Origin: Sulfolobus acidocaldarius DSM 639
GTDB taxonomy: Archaea; Thermoproteota; Thermoprotei_A; Sulfolobales; Sulfolobaceae
Assembly (NCBI RefSeq): GCF_000012285.1
Contig: NC_007181.1
Span: 270,001-302,000, forward strand
Length of the DNA: 32,000 bases
Direction of reading: 5' to 3'
Shown in pieces: positions 26,337 to 32,000 of the stretch. The notes under the pieces are model-generated. The model had not been told where the DNA came from. It saw only the letters and a list, made by a program, of their open reading frames with translations, and ran no database searches. A program made the position numbers and the translations under genes. Position 1 is the stretch's first letter; every line of letters starts with the position of its first letter.

Positions 26337-26777
26337 ATGAAAATTTCATTTTTCAATTTCCCAGACGATCTATTGTATGAACCTGAGAGACATGTGTGGA
26401 TTAAGGTCGAGGAAAATAAGGTTGTAAGTGTGGGCATGACCGATCTAGGGCAGTACCTTGCAGGAAAGATATTCCAAGTGTCTGTCCCTAGAAGGGTAGG
26501 AGAAAGGGTCAACAATAGAACCATACTGTTCTCAGTAGAAAGTGCAAAGTGGATAGGAAAAATAAGATTGCAAATAGAAGGTGAGGTGGTAGATATTAAT
26601 GAACGGGTTATAAAAAACCCATCAATAATTAATGAAGATCCATATGGAAGTTGGATTATTAAAGTCTCAGTTACTGACGTAGATCTTGTTAAGAGAGCAT
26701 TTAAGAACATACAAGATTGTAGAAGCCAATTTGAGGAGGAAGCAAATAGGATTGTGTCATGGAAAAATAGTTCCTGA
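26337..26777 (+). CDS. lbpA: GcvH-like lipoate-binding protein LbpA (copy 1)
   Basis: 146 aa with a GcvH fold signature: VGMTDLGQ, the lipoyl-Lys context VESAKWIG (Lys71, codon 26547-26549), EGEVVDINE and EDPYGSWIIKV. Confidence 0.85.
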   Translation: MKISFFNFPDDLLYEPERHVWIKVEENKVVSVGMTDLGQYLAGKIFQVSVPRRVGERVNNRTILFSVESAKWIGKIRLQIEGEVVDINERVIKNPSIINEDPYGSWIIKVSVTDVDLVKRAFKNIQDCRSQFEEEANRIVSWKNSS

Positions 26778-26890
26778 AGAGAGTCCTCAGAGTCCATTTA
26801 GTTTAGCTGGTAGAATACAGATTTATGTTGATGCAGATAATATAATAAAATAAAAAAGCCATTCATATTTTCTTTAAGGTAAATTTTATT

Positions 26891-26902
26891 TATTTAAATT
26901 TA
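26891..26902 (+). promoter_or_regulatory. TATA-like box for second lbpA
   Basis: The sequence tatttaaattta is centred about 27 nt upstream of the ATG at 26924, which suggests lbpA copy 2 has its own leaderless promoter. Confidence 0.35.
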
Positions 26903-26923
26903 GAGATATAGTATAGACCTATT

Positions 26924-27373
26924 ATGGTAGTAGAAGCTAATTGTGAAATCCCAGAAAACCTATACTATTATATTGATGGAAAGAACACAGTGTGGGTGAA
27001 AATAGAGGGAAGTGATATTGCGGTAGTTGGTATAACGGATTTAGCACAAACCATGGCAGGGAAAATTGTGAAGATAAGGATAAAGAAGAAAGGTATAAAA
27101 GTAGAGAGGGGAAGACCTGTAGCAACTCTAGAGAGCGGGAAATGGGCTGGACCAGTGCCTGCACCAGTTTCCGGTGAGGTAGTGGATTCCAACTCAGAAG
27201 TTGAAAAAAGCCCTGTGATCTTAAACAGAGATCCTTATGGTCAAGGATGGATCGCAAAGATTAAAATTAGTAACCAGGAGGAAGTTAAGCAATTATTAAC
27301 AGGACAGCAAGCTATACAAAAACTCAAGGAGATTATAACCTCAGAGAAATTAACATGTAAGAGGCTACAGTAA
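26924..27373 (+). CDS. lbpA: GcvH-like lipoate-binding protein LbpA (copy 2)
   Basis: 149 aa with VGITDLAQ, the lipoyl-Lys context LESGKWAGPVPAPVSGEVV (Lys73, codon 27140-27142) and RDPYGQGWIAKI. Its stop overlaps the start of the next ligase gene by 1 nt (TAATG). Confidence 0.9.
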   Translation: MVVEANCEIPENLYYYIDGKNTVWVKIEGSDIAVVGITDLAQTMAGKIVKIRIKKKGIKVERGRPVATLESGKWAGPVPAPVSGEVVDSNSEVEKSPVILNRDPYGQGWIAKIKISNQEEVKQLLTGQQAIQKLKEIITSEKLTCKRLQ

Positions 27374-28470
27374 TGGGAGACTGGAGATATGTCTCCTTAC
27401 CTCCCCAAGACGGCTATCATATGATAACTTCGTTTGTTGCTGTAGCAGATTACGTTAACAAGAACGGGAAAAATACCTTAATGACGTTCTATGCCAGGAC
27501 TCCATTCATCAACGTCGGTGTACATCAAGAGGTCTGGTTGGAAGTAGATCTTGAATGTGCTAAGCAGAATAACATTACTGTTGTGAGAAGAGACATAGGT
27601 GGCGGAACAGTGGTAATTACCCCAGGTGAGCATGATTATTTTATAGTAGTTAGAGCTGAAGAAGTTCCAAGAAATCCCTCTCAGTTATACGAGAAATTCT
27701 TAACACCAGTGGTTAACGTCCTGAAATCCTATGGTCTTAACGCAAACTTAAGGGATCAGGATATAGTAGTAAACGGAAAGAAAATAAGTGGTAATGGTGC
27801 ATCAACGTTTGGCAACGCAGTGGTCATAACGGGAAATATCCTTTTTCAGTTAGATGTTGATACTATGACAAGGTGCATAAAAGTACCCTCAGAGAAGTTC
27901 AGAGATAAAATGGCAAAGGACATAAGGGATTGGTTAACGTCCCTAGAGAGAGAGTTAGGATATGTGCCACCAAGGGAGGAAATTGAGAAGAAGTTGAAGG
28001 ATGAATTTGAGAGGTCATTAGGCATAAAATTTGAGGACTCAAGGTTGACTAGGGAAGAGATCGAATTGTGGGAATCGTTAGCTAAAGAAAAAGCTAATGA
28101 GGAGTGGATCTACTATAAGGACAATAGACATCCTGATTTACATTCAGAGAGGTGTGTTAAGATCTCCTCATCAGTTGCAATTTGTCACATTGATTATAAA
28201 GCCAGAAAATTGTTAAGGATAACAATGAGAATAGTGGAAAAAAAGGTTGATGAGATATCTATATCAGGAGACTTCTTTGTCATGAATCCTAAGAACTTTC
28301 TAGAGAAACTAGAGGAGAGCCTTAGAGGAGTAGAGGTTAATAATATTAACAGTGTGGTGCGGAGAATATTTGAAACTGAAAAGCCTGTTATATTTGGATT
28401 TTCAGAAAATGATTTAATCAATGCTATACAGGAGATACTCAATAAACCTGAAGTTCAAGAAGTCATTTAG
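27373..28470 (+). CDS. second lipoate-protein ligase paralogue (fused LplA+LplB type)
   Basis: 365 aa with LplA-family motifs RRDIGGGTVVITPG and GKKISGNGAS plus a C-terminal accessory domain. It is translationally coupled to lbpA copy 2. Confidence 0.8.
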   Translation: MGDWRYVSLPPQDGYHMITSFVAVADYVNKNGKNTLMTFYARTPFINVGVHQEVWLEVDLECAKQNNITVVRRDIGGGTVVITPGEHDYFIVVRAEEVPRNPSQLYEKFLTPVVNVLKSYGLNANLRDQDIVVNGKKISGNGASTFGNAVVITGNILFQLDVDTMTRCIKVPSEKFRDKMAKDIRDWLTSLERELGYVPPREEIEKKLKDEFERSLGIKFEDSRLTREEIELWESLAKEKANEEWIYYKDNRHPDLHSERCVKISSSVAICHIDYKARKLLRITMRIVEKKVDEISISGDFFVMNPKNFLEKLEESLRGVEVNNINSVVRRIFETEKPVIFGFSENDLINAIQEILNKPEVQEVI

Positions 28471-28664
28471 AGTTTCTTTATTTGTATCTCTCTACATCTA
28501 GCAAGACACTCTGAGATACTTATAAATTTCCAGTTCGGTGACCTGCTACTGGCTGTAAGACAGTCTTTTACACATTCCTCATTAGATGTTTGTTGCTCCA
28601 TAATTAAAAATAAACAAAAACAAAAAAGAAAAATTTTTCTCCCTATGATAAAAGAATAAATTAA

Positions 28665-29114
28665 ATGACAAAGGAAAGGGTAAATCAATTAGAGTTAGAG
28701 GTCGAAGCAATTGTTGAAGTCGATGGAAAGGAATATAAAGTGGTAACAGTTCCTACAGCTGAGGAATACACAGGTTTTCCTCCCTCATGGGAGTTTGTGA
28801 AAGCTAATATGTTAAAATGGAAACCTTACTTTAAAGCAAAAATGCTAAATTTTAATGGTCAATTAATCCCCGCGTTAGAAAACGTCTTACTGAATATGGA
28901 GGAGAATATGTATGAGTTTTTACTCGACATATACTATACCTTTAAGGTAAACAGACCCTCTATTGAAACAAATATTAGTACAGTAATCACAAGACAAATA
29001 GAAAGGCTTGAAGAAAAATTGAACAGAACCTTCAACGAGAAAGAGAGGACTGATCTTTACATAAAATATGGTATAGAGGCAGCTATCCTTAAGGATATAG
29101 GTGTAATAAATTGA
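28665..29114 (+). CDS. hypothetical protein
   Basis: 149-aa ORF with no recognisable motif. It overlaps the downstream OsmC-family gene by 4 nt. Confidence 0.4.
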   Translation: MTKERVNQLELEVEAIVEVDGKEYKVVTVPTAEEYTGFPPSWEFVKANMLKWKPYFKAKMLNFNGQLIPALENVLLNMEENMYEFLLDIYYTFKVNRPSIETNISTVITRQIERLEEKLNRTFNEKERTDLYIKYGIEAAILKDIGVIN

Positions 29115-29536
29115 CAATAATCACATTTACGGCTGAAGGAGAATTTTCGGGGGATAAGGTAACTATAACAATAATGGACGATCAAATTCTAGAAGTTGGA
29201 ACTTTAGGCTCCAATTATGTTAAACCTGAGGAACTATGTCTAGCTTCAGCGTTGTCATGTCTTATACTAACAGTTAATTACATTGCAAAGGAGAAAGGGG
29301 TAGACGTGAAAGGGATAGAGGGTTATATAGAGGGAAAGTTAGATCCTGATGGATTTCAAGGTAAAAACAGTGTACCACCAGGCTTGCTCGAAGTCAATTA
29401 CCATATCTCAGTTAAGTCTAATGATACCAAGATTAATGAGGTTATAGAGGAGGCTGAAAGGAGGTGCCCCATGAAAGATACATTGACAAGAGGAATAAAA
29501 GTGAATATAAGGTGGAAAATAGAAGAGACTAATTGA
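29111..29536 (+). CDS. OsmC/Ohr-family peroxiredoxin-like protein
   Basis: 141 aa with a TTG start 8 nt after AGGTG. The two conserved Cys contexts of the family are present: PEELCLASALSCLILTV and RCPMKDTL. Confidence 0.75.
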   Translation: MTIITFTAEGEFSGDKVTITIMDDQILEVGTLGSNYVKPEELCLASALSCLILTVNYIAKEKGVDVKGIEGYIEGKLDPDGFQGKNSVPPGLLEVNYHISVKSNDTKINEVIEEAERRCPMKDTLTRGIKVNIRWKIEETN

Positions 29537-29570
29537 AAATGAGGTTTAACTCAGAGAGGGGGGATTAAAC

Positions 29571-29894
29571 ATGTCTGAGCTACTAAAACCTGGTGAAAGG
29601 GAAAGAAATGAAATTATTGCTTACATTCAAGTACTGCTAGACTATTTGAATGATTTCATTAGCAAACATAGAAGTGAACTAATTAAACTTGGGGTTATGA
29701 GTAGGTTACTTAAAAATATCTCATTTATATCTATGCATAAATATAGCCCCGAAATATACATGGGAGAATATTGGGATGAAATAGTTAGTGTTATGAATAC
29801 CTTGAAAAAAGACCCCCAACTAGAGAAAGAGATAGTAGAGATGAACGATATATTAGAGAAAATAAGTGAGTTACGAAAGTCGTTCTTACAGTAG
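29571..29894 (+). CDS. hypothetical protein
   Basis: 107-aa helical ORF, last in the 28665-29894 co-directional set. No recognisable motif. Confidence 0.4.
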   Translation: MSELLKPGERERNEIIAYIQVLLDYLNDFISKHRSELIKLGVMSRLLKNISFISMHKYSPEIYMGEYWDEIVSVMNTLKKDPQLEKEIVEMNDILEKISELRKSFLQ

Positions 29895-30073
29895 AAATTT
29901 AAAAATAGTAAACCTCTTAAAATGTTTTTTCTGAGATTGTAAGCTCAAATCAAAAGTATATCTGTTAACCATGAAATTATACTAAAAAATACGGGTAAGT
30001 ATAAACTAGAAATTAAAAATATTTCAATCCAATTGTTTTCCTCTGGTCAAGAGGTAGCCAACAGCCTTACTCT

Positions 30074-30883
30074 TCAGAACGGAGAGGAGGTAGACTCTGG
30101 GCTCTGCTTCATTGTTTTAAATTCATAATCATATATTATCATGACATCTGAATCCTTATCAACCTCTCTGGCGCCATTAATATACTTCTTAGCTCCTTCC
30201 ACATTATCAGCATAACAAACAGTTATTCCAGCATAACCATCAGTAAATTGCCACAATTTACATTCCTGTAAAACGGGTGATATGTCCTCAATTCTCTTAG
30301 AGAACATGGAGAATATAACTATGTCTGCCCTTCCTAGATTAATTTCTGGCACTATCAAAATCATCCCTCTGAATCTCATATGCCTGATATGTTTTTCTAT
30401 AACTCTAGTGTTGATGCCTAACTTTTTAGAAATTTCCGAAGAAGCTAGCCTAGGGTCTTCCTTCAACATTTCAACAATCTTCTTATCTAAACTTGAGGGT
30501 TTGAGCTTATACTGAACAGGTAAATAAGTTAACACAGGATCTCCCAGTTCCTTACGCATATACTCTATCCTATCCTTTAACTCAGTTTGACTTGAACCAT
30601 ATATGCCGTAGACATTAAGCCATTCTAGACATCTTAGCTTAAAGGAAATCCAATCAGCGTCTATCTCCTTGTAATTCTTAAAGGCAATATACAGTTGATA
30701 TTGACCATAAAAGTTAGGGTTAATATATAACTTAAATCCCTTTAAAATATTGCTATCTATAAGTTTTCGGAACCTATAATTTAAACTTGCAGGCGTCAAG
30801 TTAAGCAGACTTGCTATTCTTCTCTGTGATATTCTGCCATCTTTGAGAAAAAATGAAAGAATTCTCTTATCTACTATATCCAT
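30074..30883 (-). CDS. Lrp/AsnC-type transcriptional regulator with two winged-HTH modules
   Basis: 269 aa with two AsnC-type HTH segments: DIVDKRILSFFLKDGRISQRRIASLLNLTPASLNYRFRKL and LDKKIVEMLKEDPRLASSEISKKLGINTRVIEKHIRHM. Confidence 0.8.
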   Translation of the reverse strand: MDIVDKRILSFFLKDGRISQRRIASLLNLTPASLNYRFRKLIDSNILKGFKLYINPNFYGQYQLYIAFKNYKEIDADWISFKLRCLEWLNVYGIYGSSQTELKDRIEYMRKELGDPVLTYLPVQYKLKPSSLDKKIVEMLKEDPRLASSEISKKLGINTRVIEKHIRHMRFRGMILIVPEINLGRADIVIFSMFSKRIEDISPVLQECKLWQFTDGYAGITVCYADNVEGAKKYINGAREVDKDSDVMIIYDYEFKTMKQSPESTSSPF

Positions 30884-30887
30884 GGAA

Positions 30888-31091
30888 TCACACTTTCTTA
30901 ATGTTTTGTTTTATCTTTTCTGCTACGTCTGATGGAATTTCTTTCATACCGTGGGCAGTCTTAGCATGGACCTTCAGTATTTCTAGCACTTCCTGTTCAG
31001 AGGACGCATTCTTTACTTCAAATCCACAGTTCATTCCTACGCTACTACAACTAAATTCGTACTTCTTCTTCTTGCCAAATCCAAATACCAT
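30888..31091 (-). CDS. DUF1059-family small protein
   Basis: 67 aa reading YEFSCSSVGMNCGFEVKNASSEQEVLEILKVHAKTAHGM, which matches the DUF1059 pattern (C..G.dC.fe ... H....HG). It lies 4 nt upstream of the Lrp-type gene on the same strand. Confidence 0.7.
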   Translation of the reverse strand: MVFGFGKKKKYEFSCSSVGMNCGFEVKNASSEQEVLEILKVHAKTAHGMKEIPSDVAEKIKQNIKKV

Positions 31092-31186
31092 ATATTATAA
31101 TTCCGTGAAAGATATATTTATTAATTCATTAAAACTATTCAAACGCCTCTATATATATTTAAAAAACTAATGTTATGTGATAGTAA

Positions 31187-31546
31187 ATGGTAAAGTACAC
31201 CTTCAAATGTGCGGATGTAGGAATGGACTGCGGATTCGAAATAGTTAATGCTGGAAGTGAAGACGAACTGTTAGAAGCACTTAAATCCCACGCAAAAATG
31301 TCACATGGACTAACATCAATACCACCTGATCTAGTAAACAAAATAAAGCAAAACATAAAGAAGAGCGGAAAATACTATTTCGCCTGTAGCAGTGTTGGAA
31401 TGGACTGCGGATTTGAAATAAAGGCAGCATCTTCAGAACAAGAGTTATTAGAAGAGCTCATGGCTCATGCAAAGATGTCACACGGACTAACATCAATACC
31501 ACAAGATACCCTAAACAAGATAAAACAAAATATCAAAGTAATGTAA
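31187..31546 (+). CDS. tandem double DUF1059-domain protein
   Basis: 119 aa with two copies of the module: YTFKCADVGMDCGFEIVNAGSEDELLEALKSHAKMSHGLTSIPPDLVNKIKQNIKK and YYFACSSVGMDCGFEIKAASSEQELLEELMAHAKMSHGLTSIPQDTLNKIKQNIK. The copies are also similar at DNA level (ggaatggactgcggatt[c/t]gaaata; atgtcaca[t/c]ggactaacatcaataccac). Confidence 0.7.
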   Translation: MVKYTFKCADVGMDCGFEIVNAGSEDELLEALKSHAKMSHGLTSIPPDLVNKIKQNIKKSGKYYFACSSVGMDCGFEIKAASSEQELLEELMAHAKMSHGLTSIPQDTLNKIKQNIKVM

Positions 31547-31550
31547 GAAG

Positions 31551-31567
31551 TTTTTTATTCTTTTTTA
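31551..31567 (+). terminator. T-rich terminator candidate
   Basis: The sequence ttttttattctttttta lies 5 nt after the TAA stop at 31546. Confidence 0.3.
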
Positions 31568-31628
31568 CCTTATATTCAATAGAATAAATATACACTCTCG
31601 GAAGTGACTATTGGTTCTCGAACTATAT

Positions 31629-32000
31629 TTATACATGGAAGAATTCAGGTTTAAATATCATAACGTAAAACAAAAAGAGTGTAACGAGTATGTAGAGTAC
31701 AGATACAAACCTCATCCTCCTTCTGAACTCAACTAGTCCCCTATAAGTAAGTCTATAGTGGTAAAATTCCAAGAAAAGGAGGAAGGGAGATATAATAAAG
31801 GCATAATAAGCCCACTTGGGAAATCCTAACTCCATCCACATATAAGCTCCCGATAAAGCGATAACAAACAAGGATATGATCTCGATAAAAACTAACTTTC
31901 TATAGGCTACCAGTATTCGTGAATCTGATAATTTCATAAATTCAATGAGATAATAAGCTCCAGTACTAAGACCAGCCCATCCTATAACTCCTAGCAAGTG
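31629..32000 (-). CDS. membrane protein, 5' end possibly outside window
   Basis: Several hydrophobic helices are present (e.g. FIEIISLFVIALSGAYMWM, YAFIISPFLLFL, VSVLYILVTLFLFYVMIF). The track start at 31997 is a TTG, and the frame stays open to the window edge. Confidence 0.4.
   Translation of the reverse strand, partial: HLLGVIGWAGLSTGAYYLIEFMKLSDSRILVAYRKLVFIEIISLFVIALSGAYMWMELGFPKWAYYAFIISPFLLFLEFYHYRLTYRGLVEFRRRMRFVSVLYILVTLFLFYVMIFKPEFFHV

Noticed and set aside
26306-26797. 163-aa ORF antisense to lbpA copy 1. Similar long antisense ORFs include 331-612, 3071-4768 inside fdhA, 18698-19045, 23641-24033 and 26937-27257.
   Set aside because: They mirror well-supported genes with clear family motifs. 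Their translations are low-complexity (S/L/T/P-rich) with no motifs. I treat them as by-products of codon bias on the opposite strand.
26337-27373. The GcvH-like genes as glycine cleavage system H proteins.
   Set aside because: No gcvT or gcvP genes are in the window. The genes are embedded among hdr-like, ligase and lipS genes, which is the LbpA context. Only profile or phylogeny work can confirm this.
28467-28688. 73-aa minus-strand ORF, including a possible 44-aa core (28467-28601) with twin Cx3C motifs (ECVKDC, ECLARC).
   Set aside because: The N-terminal 29 aa are F/L/I/C-rich (hydrophobic) and overlap the start of the plus-strand gene at 28665. The 3' end overlaps the ligase gene. No promoter, Shine-Dalgarno site or homology support is visible. 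The short Cys-containing core cannot be supported from sequence alone.
1-32000. Mobile elements, integrases, prophage remnants, tRNA/rRNA genes or CRISPR arrays anywhere in the window.
   Set aside because: No transposase, integrase, terminal inverted repeat, tRNA-like or repeat-spacer signature was found on either strand. The vapBC pair is the only accessory-type module seen.

Overview
This AT-rich, tightly packed window looks like a Sulfolobales-type thermoacidophilic archaeon. That is inferred from gene content, TATA-like boxes about 25 nt upstream of start codons, GGTGA-type Shine-Dalgarno sites inside operons, and frequent ATGA gene overlaps. No rRNA, tRNA, CRISPR array, transposase or integrase was seen. 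The left ~8 kb holds a truncated fixC plus fixX, a Cys-type formate dehydrogenase operon (fdhA-DUF1641-fdhD), a 2H-phosphoesterase/metallophosphoesterase fusion, a vapBC pair and a TauE/SafE permease. The core, about 8.4-28.5 kb, is a sulfur-oxidation supercluster. It has a full sulfur-oxidising heterodisulfide-reductase-like gene set (hdrB1-hdrA-hyp-hdrC2-hdrB2 plus a separate hdrC1) and the dsrE3A-tusA and dsrE2 sulfur-relay genes. It also has two tandem GcvH-like lipoate-binding proteins (LbpA), two fused LplA-type ligases and two BioB-like radical-SAM genes of the LipS1/LipS2 type. This sHdr-LbpA system and its lipoate assembly route are, to my knowledge, already described. The parts I cannot explain from that literature are listed here. 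(1) A four-gene operon (variant TusA, SQR-like flavoprotein, DsrE3-like protein, triple-repeat DUF1641 protein) inserted between hdrB1 and hdrC1. (2) A dsrE2-linked disulfide reductase with an NADPH-type fingerprint plus a single-CxxC thioredoxin-fold protein. (3) An M23/LytM-like protein abutting the second lipS gene. The right end carries an OsmC-family gene, a double-HTH Lrp regulator and three DUF1059 domains in two divergent genes.
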